DNA from: Oscillospiraceae bacterium
Lineage (GTDB): Bacteria; Bacillota; Clostridia; Oscillospirales; WRJC01
Length of the DNA stretch: 55,928 nucleotides
Assembly (NCBI GenBank): GCA_009777355.1
Contig: WRMA01000002.1
Span: 1-55,928 of the forward strand
Reading direction: 5' to 3'
The translations under genes and the position numbers were made by a program. The notes beneath the pieces were generated by a model, which was not told where the DNA came from, ran no database searches, and was given only the letters and a program-made list of their open reading frames with translations. Positions 9,523-18,958 of the stretch are shown here, piece after piece. Position 1 is the stretch's first letter, and every line of letters starts with the position of its first letter.

Positions 9523-10544
9523 GCGTCCCCCTCTCTCTCATATTCCCAGCAGAATACGGTGTGTTCCTCCGCGATCTCACGGGCCGGAGGAAATTCACTG
9601 CGGCAGCGGTCCGTGGCCCTGTCGCAGCGCGGATTAAACGGGCAGCCCTCGGGCCGCATGGTCAGGTCCGGCACGTTGCCGGGTATGACCAGCAGCCGGT
9701 CGCCGGTGTTGGCCAGATCGGGCTTGGAGGCGATAAGCCCCTGTGTATACGGGTGCTTGGGCGCGGCGAACAGCTCCTCCACGGGCGCCGTTTCGGCTAT
9801 TTTGCCCGCGTACATGACCACGACGCGGTCGCTCATCTCGGCGATAACGCCCAGGTCGTGGGTGATGAAGATGATCGACGCGTTGATACGCGATTTCAGG
9901 TCGTTCATAAGGTCCAGCACCTGAGCCTGAATGGTGACGTCCAGCGCGGTGGTCGGTTCGTCGGCTATCAGCAGCTTAGGCTCGCAGGCAAGCGCCATCG
10001 CAATCATCGCGCGCTGACGCATCCCGCCCGAGAGCGAGAACGGATATTCGTCCACTACACGCTCGGGGTTCGGGATATGTACCAGCTCGAGCAGCCGGAT
10101 ACTCTCCGCGTGCGCCTCTTTAACGGTCATGCCGCGGTGCAGTATCATCGGCTCGCTTATCTGCTTCCCGATCTTGAACACGGGGTTAAGCGAGGTCATC
10201 GGCTCCTGAAAGATATACGAAATATCGTTTCCGCGGATGTTCCGCATCTCCTGATCGGTGATCATGAATTTCTCACCGTCATTGATCCGCAGCAGCGTCT
10301 GCCCGTCAAATATAATCTCGCCGCCCTCGTAAGTCCCCGGCGGGGTTTCCACAATGCGCGTTACCGACATGCACGAGATACTCTTCCCGCAGCCGGATTC
10401 GCCGACGATACCGAGCGTCTCGCCTTTTCTCACGAAAAAGCTCGCCTCGTCCACGGCGCGTACCAGCCCGTTCTCCGTATAGAAATATGTTTTGAGGTCC
10501 TTTACCTCCAGCAGCATATCACGATTATCACTCATATCCGTCAC
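9519..10544 (-). CDS. oppD: Oligopeptide/dipeptide ABC transporter ATP-binding protein
   Basis: It has Walker A GESGCGKS, LSGGMRQR and LIADEPTTALD. It overlaps oppF by 4 nt. Confidence 0.9.
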   Translation of the reverse strand: MTDMSDNRDMLLEVKDLKTYFYTENGLVRAVDEASFFVRKGETLGIVGESGCGKSISCMSVTRIVETPPGTYEGGEIIFDGQTLLRINDGEKFMITDQEMRNIRGNDISYIFQEPMTSLNPVFKIGKQISEPMILHRGMTVKEAHAESIRLLELVHIPNPERVVDEYPFSLSGGMRQRAMIAMALACEPKLLIADEPTTALDVTIQAQVLDLMNDLKSRINASIIFITHDLGVIAEMSDRVVVMYAGKIAETAPVEELFAAPKHPYTQGLIASKPDLANTGDRLLVIPGNVPDLTMRPEGCPFNPRCDRATDRCRSEFPPAREIAEEHTVFCWEYEREGDA

Positions 10545-10546
10545 CT

Positions 10547-11434
10547 CTACCGTTTCATCTTAGGGTCAAGGGCGTCGCGCAGCCCGTCGCCTATGAGGTT
10601 AAAGCACATAACCGAAACAGAGATGCCGAGCCCCGGCGGTATCCAGTACCACCAGCGCTGGACCAGCACGATTCTGCTGCGCGCCTCCTGTATAAGCGTG
10701 CCCCAGGTCGGGGTCGGCGGCGCCACGCCCAGTCCAAGGAACGACAGCGCCGTTTCGGTGAGTATGACCGAAGCCATGCCCAGCGTGGCGTATACTATGA
10801 CATACGCCAGCACGTTCGGCAGCAGATGGCGGAAAATGCGCCTGAAATCGCTGATGCCCAGCGCCTCGCACGCCTGCATGTATTCCTGCTCGCGCAGGGC
10901 GAGTATCTGCCCCCTTACGATACGCGCGACGCTGGGCCATGTCAGCAGCACCAGAACGGCGACAAGCACGACCAGACTGTTTCCGAACAGCGCGCGCACC
11001 GTTATAACGAACATAAGGAACGGGAAGCTCATAAACATCTCGCAGAGGCGCATGATCGCGGCGTCTACAAGCCCTCCGTAGTAACCGGCTACCCCGCCCA
11101 TTATAACGCCCACGATACACTCCAGCACCACCACGATCAGCGCGATTCCCAGCGAAATGCGGCCCGCGTAGAAGAAACGCGTCAGCAAATCGCGGCCGAG
11201 ATCGTCGGTGCCGAGCGGATGCTCAACACTGGGCGGCATCTGTTTATTGTCGGTGTTCGTCACGAAATACGAATACGGGGAGAGCATCGGCACCAGAACA
11301 CAGGCCAGCACTATCAGCGCAAGCACAACTATACTGACCATCGCCATCTTGTTTTTTCTCAGGCGGTAAAACACGCTGCCCCAATAGGAGAGCTCGCGCA
11401 CGTCGCGCACCTTTTTGGTCTTAACGGTATCCAT
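10547..11434 (-). CDS. oppC: Oligopeptide ABC transporter permease
   Basis: The BPD-type permease has an EAA-like loop (EACEALGISDFRRIFRHLLPN). Confidence 0.9.
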   Translation of the reverse strand: MDTVKTKKVRDVRELSYWGSVFYRLRKNKMAMVSIVVLALIVLACVLVPMLSPYSYFVTNTDNKQMPPSVEHPLGTDDLGRDLLTRFFYAGRISLGIALIVVVLECIVGVIMGGVAGYYGGLVDAAIMRLCEMFMSFPFLMFVITVRALFGNSLVVLVAVLVLLTWPSVARIVRGQILALREQEYMQACEALGISDFRRIFRHLLPNVLAYVIVYATLGMASVILTETALSFLGLGVAPPTPTWGTLIQEARSRIVLVQRWWYWIPPGLGISVSVMCFNLIGDGLRDALDPKMKR

Positions 11435-11450
11435 TACTTGCCCCCCTCCC

Positions 11451-12416
11451 CTAATTATACTTGATACGCGGGTCCGCCGCCGCGTAGAGTATATCGGCGA
11501 TGATCGTACTCAGCAGCGTCAGCATAGCCAGCATAGCGTTGATTGCCAGAATTATCGGGTAGTCGCGGTACATAACGGCCTCTACCGAGATTTTCCCCAG
11601 CCCGGGCAGTCCGAATATGCTTTCGGTTATGACCGCGCCGGACAGCAGCGCCGGTATCCAGAACCCCAGCAGCGTGATAATCGGTATCACCGCGTTGCGG
11701 AACGCGTGGCGGTAGATGACGACCTTTTCCGCAAGCCCTTTAGCGCGGGCGGTGCGGATATAGTCGGACCTTATTACCTCCAGCATGCTCGAGCGCGTAT
11801 ACCGCATAAACGTCGCCGTGCTGCCCAGCCCCAGTACAACGGTGGGCAGCGCCAAATGCCACAGCATATGCCCCATCTGCGCGAATATATTCGGCGCGTT
11901 ATACAGCGGGTTTCGCAGCCCGAACAGCGGGAACAGCCCCAAATCCACCGAGAAGAATTTCAAAAGCAGCAGCGCGAAGAAGAACGACGGCATACTTATC
12001 CCAATGAGCGAAAACACCGTCAGCGAGTTGTCGGCTAGGGTGTACTGCTTTGTGGCGCTGACTATCCCCGCCGGTATACCCACAAGCATGGCCAGCAGCA
12101 GAGACAGCGAGCTGAGCGCCAGCGAGGGCCCGATCATGGGCCTCAGCACCTCCGTCACCGGCTTCAGAAACTTTATCGACTGGCCCAAGTCACCCTGCAG
12201 CGTCGCGCCTATCCATTTGAAGAAACGCGTAACGGGCGGGTCGTTCAGCCCGAACTTCTCCGCCAGCGCCTCCTTCATCTCGGGCCGCATTTTGGGGTCT
12301 ATGTAATTCCCCATCGGGCCGCCCGGGCTAAGCTCGATTATCATGAACAAGATGATGAGTATCCCCAGAAAAACAGGGATAATCTGTAAAATCCTCCGGA
12401 TTATGTACGCTCGCAT
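11451..12416 (-). CDS. oppB: Oligopeptide ABC transporter permease
   Basis: The start MRAYIIRRILQ is typical of OppB/DppB and is preceded by GGAGAGGA, and DYIRTARAKGL is present. The track's 40-aa N-terminal extension has no RBS. Confidence 0.9.
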   Translation of the reverse strand: MRAYIIRRILQIIPVFLGILIILFMIIELSPGGPMGNYIDPKMRPEMKEALAEKFGLNDPPVTRFFKWIGATLQGDLGQSIKFLKPVTEVLRPMIGPSLALSSLSLLLAMLVGIPAGIVSATKQYTLADNSLTVFSLIGISMPSFFFALLLLKFFSVDLGLFPLFGLRNPLYNAPNIFAQMGHMLWHLALPTVVLGLGSTATFMRYTRSSMLEVIRSDYIRTARAKGLAEKVVIYRHAFRNAVIPIITLLGFWIPALLSGAVITESIFGLPGLGKISVEAVMYRDYPIILAINAMLAMLTLLSTIIADILYAAADPRIKYN

Positions 12417-12608
12417 AGACTTCCTCTCCTCTGCCGCCCGCCGGAAACAGGCATTTCTTATTTCAGAATGCGTGCAAAATACGTCAAAAAATATATTAAC
12501 ACAAACAGCGGCATTATGCAAGAAAAATTTCATCAACGGGGTTATTTGCCAATTTTCACAAAATGAAACGCCGGGTAACCCCCCGGCGTTTCGGTTTATT
12601 GTACTTTA

Positions 12609-14246
12609 TCAGTCGATGGTGATCTCATGGATGTTTTGGACCCAAGTCTGATAGGTGCTGATATTCATGCCCTTAACATTGTCGCTGACGGCCCAGATCT
12701 CGTTGCGGTACGCTACGATGACGGTGGGAAGCTCCTCGTTCATAAGCCTTGCCCACTCGTGATAGATCTCGGTGCGTCTGCCCTGATCAAATTCCTGCTT
12801 GCCGAGCGTGATCAGCTCCTGCGACCTCGCGTTGTAGTAGCCGGAGGCGTTGAAGCCGCCCTCGGTGTACGCGTCGTAATCAAACAGCGCTCCCGTCGGA
12901 TCGGGGTCGATACTAAGCGAGAAGCCCATGGTGTAAAGGTCGAAGTTCATTTTCTCGTCCATCGGGGCGTCCATGGTGCGGGCCGCGACGGTGTTGAAGT
13001 CCATCAGCTCGATCTTCAGATCGACGCCCAGCTGTCCCCAGCTGTCATACGCCATTTCCGCCAAGCGGCCGGGCCACGCGACGTCGGTGTAAACCAGCCA
13101 GTTTATCGACATCTTAACGCCGTCTTTTTCAAGGATGCCGTCGGAGCCTTTGACCCAGCCGGCTTCCGCGAACAGAGCGGCGGCTTTGTCCATATCAAAG
13201 GCGTAGTCGTTGATGCCGGAATCCGGGAACGCCCAGGAGGCCGGAGAGATCGGCGCGAGGCCGACGGTGGCCATATCGCCGTAAACGGCTTCGATGAACG
13301 CTACGCGGTCAACGCCGTACATCAGCGCCTGACGCACGCGGGCGTCATTGAGCGTGGGCTGAAGGGTGTTGAAGCAGAGGAACGTATAGCCGTTGCCGAG
13401 GATAATCTGGGGCGTAACGCCGTCCATATCGCGGTAAGCGTTAACGTTATCCTGGTTGCTCTGCGGCTGCGCCACATGCAGGGCGCCGGTGGCAAACGCG
13501 TCGAGCAGGCTCTCTTCGGGAACCTCGGACATCAGGATGCCGCCGATCTTAACGCGCTTGGACCTATCCCAGTAATCGGTGTTCGCGGCGAGCCTGACAA
13601 ATTCCATGGGCCTGTACTCTTCCAGAATGAATTTGCCCGAGCCCATCGGCTTTTCGTTCAGAGCGAGAAATTCGCTCCAAGTGTTAAACCCGTAGTAGTG
13701 TTCCGGCATAATGCCGTAGAGGAACGTTTCGATGTTCGCGGGGCTGGCCTCCTCAAACGTAAACGCGATGGTCTTTTCGTCGATAACCTTAATACCGGCG
13801 AAGTCGGACGACGCGCCGCTGTTGTAATCGGCATAGCCGACCAGACCGGCTACCGCGTAAGCGCGCGGGCCGTTGTAGTCAGGATGGCCGATCGTCTTGT
13901 AGGTAAACGCCACGTCGGCGCTTGTAAGCGGCTGGCCGTCGCTGAACTTGATGCCGTCCTTCAGCGTAAAGGTATAGGTGCGGTTTCCGTTGGACAGCTC
14001 ATACGAGGCGATGTCGCCGTAATACATGCCCTCCGCGTCGTTGTCGATCAAAAAGTCAAAGATAAGGGTTGCCACATAGCTGTCATAGACATTGCTTGCC
14101 ATGATTGAAGCGAAGTTGCCGTCGATACCCGTGGTACCGAACAGAAGGATTTTATCCCCCTGGCCGCCCTGACAGCCGGAAAGAACTACCAGCAGCATGA
14201 GCAGAGTAAGGGACAGCGCTACGATACGTTTTGCTTTTTTCAACAT
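12609..14246 (-). CDS. oppA: Peptide ABC transporter substrate-binding lipoprotein (family 5)
   Basis: There is a signal peptide with lipobox LSGC. The size (about 545 aa) and its position at the head of the oppBCDF genes fit OppA. Confidence 0.85.
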   Translation of the reverse strand: MLKKAKRIVALSLTLLMLLVVLSGCQGGQGDKILLFGTTGIDGNFASIMASNVYDSYVATLIFDFLIDNDAEGMYYGDIASYELSNGNRTYTFTLKDGIKFSDGQPLTSADVAFTYKTIGHPDYNGPRAYAVAGLVGYADYNSGASSDFAGIKVIDEKTIAFTFEEASPANIETFLYGIMPEHYYGFNTWSEFLALNEKPMGSGKFILEEYRPMEFVRLAANTDYWDRSKRVKIGGILMSEVPEESLLDAFATGALHVAQPQSNQDNVNAYRDMDGVTPQIILGNGYTFLCFNTLQPTLNDARVRQALMYGVDRVAFIEAVYGDMATVGLAPISPASWAFPDSGINDYAFDMDKAAALFAEAGWVKGSDGILEKDGVKMSINWLVYTDVAWPGRLAEMAYDSWGQLGVDLKIELMDFNTVAARTMDAPMDEKMNFDLYTMGFSLSIDPDPTGALFDYDAYTEGGFNASGYYNARSQELITLGKQEFDQGRRTEIYHEWARLMNEELPTVIVAYRNEIWAVSDNVKGMNISTYQTWVQNIHEITID

Positions 14247-14302
14247 TTTTTTCCTACCTCCGAAATAATTTTGGGTTCACTTTACGTACAGTCCTACACG
14301 GC

Positions 14303-14331
14303 ATTATACATGCTTTCAATTTATTTTTCAA
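14303..14331 (-). promoter_or_regulatory. Sigma-A-type promoter for the opp operon
   Basis: On the minus strand: TTGAAA, a 17-nt spacer ending in TG, then TATAAT. Two further CTTGAAAA repeats lie upstream. Confidence 0.55.
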
Positions 14332-14371
14332 GCCCTTTTTCAAGTTTTTTTCAAAAAAATATAAAACTCCC

Positions 14372-15445
14372 CTATCGCGCCGGGCTGTAAGCGGCCGAAA
14401 GCTCGTCTTTCACAGAGAGAAAAAGGTCTACCAGCGCGGGCTCGAACTGAACTCCGCTCCCCTCTTTGATTATATCAACGGCCTCCTCGTGGGTATACGG
14501 CTGCTTATACGGCCGCTCTGAAATCAGCGCGTCATAGACGTCCACGATGGACATGAGCCGCGCCAGCAGCGGTATATCCTCCCCCTTCAGCCCGTAGGGA
14601 TACCCCTCGCCGTTCCATCTCTCGTGGTGGTACAGCGACAGCACCTTGGCATAGCTCAAAAACTCGCTCTCCGCGGTTTTCTTCTGTATGCTCTCTATGA
14701 CCGTCTCGCCGAACAGCGTATGTTTTTTTATCTGCTCAAACTCCTCCTCGGTGAGCTTTTCCGGTTTCTGAAGTATCCTCTCGTTTATGGCTATCTTCCC
14801 AACGTCGTGAAGCTGCGCCGCCTGCACCACCTGCCCGACGTCCCATCCGCCCGTCTCGCCGCTGTAAAGGCCATTGGCGATCATGCCCTTTATAAGTATC
14901 TCAAGGAACCTCTGCGTCCGCTCTATGTGCCCGTCCGTGACATCCCCGCGGTATTCTATAAGCTCCGACACCGTCGCCATAACGGCGTTTTGAAGCTCGA
15001 CTATCGTCCGCGTTTTATCCTTTACCAGTTCCTCCAGATTATCATTGTATCTTTTCAGCTCTCTCTTCTGCCGCTCGATAAGCAGATGCACCTCGATGCG
15101 CTTCAGCAGCAGCGGCGGCGAGAACGGCTTGTAGATATAGTCTATCGCGCCCAGCGACAGCCCCTCCAGCTCGCTCACCTCGTCGTTTCTGGCGGTGAGG
15201 AATATAACGGGTATATCCGCCGTTTCGGGGTTGGCTTTGAGTATTTTTATTGTTTCATAGCCGTCAAGCTCCGGCATTTCGATGTCCAGCAGTATCATAT
15301 CGGGCCTCACCGTCCCGAGCAGCTCTATGAGCTTTCTGCCGGACGGCACCGTATAGACTTCATATGAGCCGGAGAGTATCTCCCGCCCCACGGTAAGTGT
15401 CACAAGCTGATCGTCGGCCAGCGCGACTATTTTTCTCTCGTTCAT
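14372..15445 (-). CDS. Response regulator with HD-GYP phosphodiesterase output domain
   Basis: The REC domain has LLDIEMPELDGYE. The HD-GYP domain has LHDVGK and HHERWNGEGYPYGL. Confidence 0.9.
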   Translation of the reverse strand: MNERKIVALADDQLVTLTVGREILSGSYEVYTVPSGRKLIELLGTVRPDMILLDIEMPELDGYETIKILKANPETADIPVIFLTARNDEVSELEGLSLGAIDYIYKPFSPPLLLKRIEVHLLIERQKRELKRYNDNLEELVKDKTRTIVELQNAVMATVSELIEYRGDVTDGHIERTQRFLEILIKGMIANGLYSGETGGWDVGQVVQAAQLHDVGKIAINERILQKPEKLTEEEFEQIKKHTLFGETVIESIQKKTAESEFLSYAKVLSLYHHERWNGEGYPYGLKGEDIPLLARLMSIVDVYDALISERPYKQPYTHEEAVDIIKEGSGVQFEPALVDLFLSVKDELSAAYSPAR

Positions 15446-16206
15446 ACGGTCTGCCTTCCCCTATCCAGAAATACCGCGGTCTTTCTAAGCAGCAGCTTAC
15501 TGTCCACGGGCTTTATTATATAGTCGTTCCCGCCGTACGCTATCGCCATAGCCACGTCGTCGGGAAAATTTTTCGCGGTGACAAAGATAATTGGCGTATG
15601 CGCGAATCTGGCGTCCCTGCGTATTTCGGCGGCCAGCTCATACCCGTTCATCTCCGGCATCTCTATGTCAAGCAGAAACATGTCGGGCGTATACTTCTCG
15701 ACGACCTTCAGAGCGGCATGCCCGCTCGTCGCGGTCATAACCGTCGCCTTTGCCTTCAGCATATGGCTGAGTGAGGCCAGAGACACCTGCATGTCGTCCA
15801 CCGCGAGAACGATCGGCTTTTCGGCGGCCGTCAGCGCCGACGCGACCCGCCTGGCCATAATATCCATCTCGGAGAAGAACACCAGCAGCCCGTCCGACAG
15901 CGCCTCCACGCTATTAATCTCCACCGCGGCGCTCAGGTCGTTCAGCGACGCCGCCGAGCGTATCATGCCGAGCGAAATAAGCGTGTGCCGGATTTTATCT
16001 ATCTCGGCGTTAAAATCCCTGCGCGTATCCCCGTCATAGATTACCACGGTCGGCGTAAAGGCGCGCAGATACCCCTCCGAATCCGTTATAAACCGGTTCA
16101 GCTTGTCAAAGTATGTCTGATAGCTGCCGAAATGCGTTACGGCGTTTTCCGTGTCAAGCCCGTCAACCATATTCAGCCTCGCTATGTCAAACAGCATACC
16201 GTCCAT
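15442..16206 (-). CDS. Response-regulator receiver protein with N-terminal helical region
   Basis: The C-terminal REC domain has VLAVDDMQ...LLDIEMPEMNGYE...YIIKP. It overlaps the downstream gene by 4 nt. Confidence 0.75.
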   Translation of the reverse strand: MDGMLFDIARLNMVDGLDTENAVTHFGSYQTYFDKLNRFITDSEGYLRAFTPTVVIYDGDTRRDFNAEIDKIRHTLISLGMIRSAASLNDLSAAVEINSVEALSDGLLVFFSEMDIMARRVASALTAAEKPIVLAVDDMQVSLASLSHMLKAKATVMTATSGHAALKVVEKYTPDMFLLDIEMPEMNGYELAAEIRRDARFAHTPIIFVTAKNFPDDVAMAIAYGGNDYIIKPVDSKLLLRKTAVFLDRGRQTV

Positions 16207-16802
16207 TATCTATCTCCTTTCAGCGTCTCCAGCAGCGCGGCGGCCCTGTCAAAATCAAAGCGCTCAAAGGCGCGGGCGAGTTTTTCCAGCGTTCTGTCCG
16301 TCGGCTGCCCGTATGTACATCTGTCAACCGACGAGAGGATCTCCAGCGCGAGCGCGCTGTCAAAGCGTTCGGCGGCGGCCCTAAGCATAGGCAAAACCCT
16401 AGCGATACAGGCCGGATCCCCCTCCGGCTTATCCGCCGGCTCAATACTGTTTATAATAACGGCCGCCCTGTCCGTAAACGCCAGAAGCCTGACGCAAAAC
16501 TCGTCATGGAGCGGCCCGCGCGCGCTCAAATCACCGCATCTTGAACACTCCTCGAGCCTTCTGGCGATCTCGCCGAGCTTATACGCCCCTATGCTGTTGA
16601 GAACCCCCTTGATTCCGTGCGCCTCGACGGCGTACCGCGCCGGATCGTCGAGAAACCCGTTCAGCAGCGCAATGTTTCCGGGCAGCAGCCGGACGGAGAG
16701 CTTTATCACGCGCTCATACGCCTCACCCAGACCGGCGCCGCCGTCCGGTGACAACTCGGGTTCCGACCTCAGAACATCTAAGAGATGCATATGCCACTCC
16801 AC
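16206..16802 (-). CDS. Hpt (histidine phosphotransfer) domain protein
   Basis: AHGIKGVLNSIGAYKLGEIARRLEE matches the Hpt HxxKG helix. It overlaps the next gene by 1 nt. Confidence 0.7.
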   Translation of the reverse strand: MEWHMHLLDVLRSEPELSPDGGAGLGEAYERVIKLSVRLLPGNIALLNGFLDDPARYAVEAHGIKGVLNSIGAYKLGEIARRLEECSRCGDLSARGPLHDEFCVRLLAFTDRAAVIINSIEPADKPEGDPACIARVLPMLRAAAERFDSALALEILSSVDRCTYGQPTDRTLEKLARAFERFDFDRAAALLETLKGDR

Positions 16803-16919
16803 ACTATAACAAATTCAAAAATGTACGTTCTTATATATTATATCACACCGCCGCGAAACTGGCAAGATAAATTATTAAAACAAAATCCACACAAATCGTA
16901 AGACTTTCCGGCGTAAAGT

Positions 16920-16948
16920 TTGACATATCGCAAGCCCTGTGGTATACT
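16920..16948 (+). promoter_or_regulatory. Sigma-A-type promoter about 190 nt upstream of htpG
   Basis: TTGACA (16920-16925), 17-nt spacer, TATACT (16943-16948). Confidence 0.6.
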
Positions 16949-17137
16949 AAGTTTCAGCGGTTTGCGAAAATAAAGTAACCGCCCCCAAGCCACGGCAGCG
17001 GTTACTTTTGTAATTCGCATAATCCAAGGCGAAGACCGTTTTTGGTGCGCCGCCCCTTCCGCTGTTATTATAACACCGCCCGCGCCCTTTGTCAAGGGGT
17101 ATTTTTATGAAAAAACTAACGAAAGGATATTATTCAA

Positions 17138-18943
17138 ATGGCAAAGAAGGTATTCCGCGCGGAATCAAAAAGACTGCTCGACCTGATGGTCAACTCCATT
17201 TACACGCACAAGGAGATATTCCTGCGCGAGCTTATCTCCAACGCGTCCGACGCGCTGGATAAGCGCTACTACATCTCGCTCTCCGACGAATCGGTCAGCT
17301 TCGACCGCGGCGACTTCTTCATCAGCGTCACCGCCGACAAAGACGCGCGCACGCTGACCGTCGCCGACACAGGCGTCGGCATGGACAAGGCCGAGCTGGA
17401 GAAAAACCTCGGCACCATCGCGCACAGCGGCTCGTTTAACTTCAAGGACGAAAACGCGCCCAAGGACGGCGTGGAGATAATCGGCCAGTTCGGCGTCGGC
17501 TTCTACTCCGCGTTTATGGTCGCCGAGAGCGTGACCGTCAGAAGCCGCGCGTTCGGCTCGGAGGAGAGCTTTGAGTGGCACAGCTCCGGCTCGGACGGCT
17601 ATACCGTGGCGCCGTGCGATATGACGGAGCCGGGCACCCAAGTCATACTGAAGCTGAAGGCCGACGGCGACGACGAAAAATACGGCGAGTTTTTAGAGGA
17701 ATACCGCATCCGGGGGATAATAAAAAAATATTCCGATTTTATCAAATACCCTATCCGGCTGGGCGATGAGACGCTTAACAGCATGGTCCCCATCTGGCGC
17801 AAAAACAAAAACGAGCTGACGCAGGAGGATTACGACCGTTTCTATCAGGATAAGCGCTACGGCTTTGAGAAGCCGCTCAAAACCGTACACATGAACGTTG
17901 ACGGCGCCGTCAGCTACACCGCGCTCCTGTACATCCCCGCCGCGCAGCCGTTCGACTTCTACACGCGCGAATATGAGAAAGGGCTTGAGCTTTACACCTC
18001 CGGCGTGCTGATAATGCGCAAATGCGCCGATCTGCTGCCCGACCATTTCGCCTTCGTGCAGGGGCTTGTCGATTCCGCCGACCTGTCGCTGAATATCTCG
18101 CGCGAGCTGCTGCAGCACGACCGCCAGCTGAAGCTCATGGCGAAGCGCATTGCGGAGAAGATAAAATCCGAGCTGCTCTCAATGCTGCAAAACGACCGCG
18201 AAAGCTATATCAAATTCTTCGAGCTGTTCGGCAGACAGCTGAAATACGGCGTATACGCCGACTGGGGCGCGCATAAGGACGCGCTTCAGGATCTTCTGAT
18301 GTTCCGGTCGTCCTTTGAGAAAAAACTTGTCACGCTGGACGAATATGTCTCCCGCGTGAAGGAGGACCAAAAATATATCTATTACGCCGCGGGCCAAAGC
18401 GCCGAGGCGCTTGAAAAGCTCCCGCAGGCCGAGGCTGTCGCGGACAGGGGCATAGAGATACTCTATTTCACCGACGAGATCGACGAGTTTGCCGTCCGCG
18501 TACTGATGAAGTACAAGGACTTGGAGTTCAAGTCCGTCTCCGACGAGGACATCGGCATCGACGCCGCCCCCGGCGATGACGGGGACAAAGACCTCTTCGA
18601 GGCCGTCGCCAAAGAGCTGACGGGCAAAATAAAGGAGGCGCGCGCCTCCGCGCGCCTGAAAACGCATCCCGTATGCCTCGCGTCGGGCGGCGCGCTGTCG
18701 ATCGGCATGGAAAAGACACTGAACCTGATCCCGGGCCAGGAGGCCCCCAAGGCCGAAAAAATACTGGAGATCAACAGGGACCACACCGTATTCCAAACGC
18801 TGCGTGAGACGTTTAAGACCGACGCGGACCGCTTCGCGCGGCTCTCCCGCGTGCTGTACTGTCAGGCTCTGCTTATCGAGGGCCTGCCGCTCGAGGACGC
18901 CGCCGGCTATGCCGACGACGTGTGCGGGCTGATCGGGGGTTGA
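17138..18943 (+). CDS. htpG: Molecular chaperone HtpG (Hsp90)
   Basis: The N-terminus [37 protein letters not shown] and [14 protein letters not shown] are diagnostic. Length is 601 aa. Confidence 0.95.
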   Translation: MAKKVFRAESKRLLDLMVNSIYTHKEIFLRELISNASDALDKRYYISLSDESVSFDRGDFFISVTADKDARTLTVADTGVGMDKAELEKNLGTIAHSGSFNFKDENAPKDGVEIIGQFGVGFYSAFMVAESVTVRSRAFGSEESFEWHSSGSDGYTVAPCDMTEPGTQVILKLKADGDDEKYGEFLEEYRIRGIIKKYSDFIKYPIRLGDETLNSMVPIWRKNKNELTQEDYDRFYQDKRYGFEKPLKTVHMNVDGAVSYTALLYIPAAQPFDFYTREYEKGLELYTSGVLIMRKCADLLPDHFAFVQGLVDSADLSLNISRELLQHDRQLKLMAKRIAEKIKSELLSMLQNDRESYIKFFELFGRQLKYGVYADWGAHKDALQDLLMFRSSFEKKLVTLDEYVSRVKEDQKYIYYAAGQSAEALEKLPQAEAVADRGIEILYFTDEIDEFAVRVLMKYKDLEFKSVSDEDIGIDAAPGDDGDKDLFEAVAKELTGKIKEARASARLKTHPVCLASGGALSIGMEKTLNLIPGQEAPKAEKILEINRDHTVFQTLRETFKTDADRFARLSRVLYCQALLIEGLPLEDAAGYADDVCGLIGG

Positions 18944-18958
18944 TTTGACACGTTAGGC

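Noticed and set aside
16803-17137. CIRCE (TTAGCACTC-N9-GAGTGCTAA) or CtsR (GGTCAAA direct repeat) operators upstream of htpG.
   Set aside because: I read both strands and found no match better than 5 of 9 to either.
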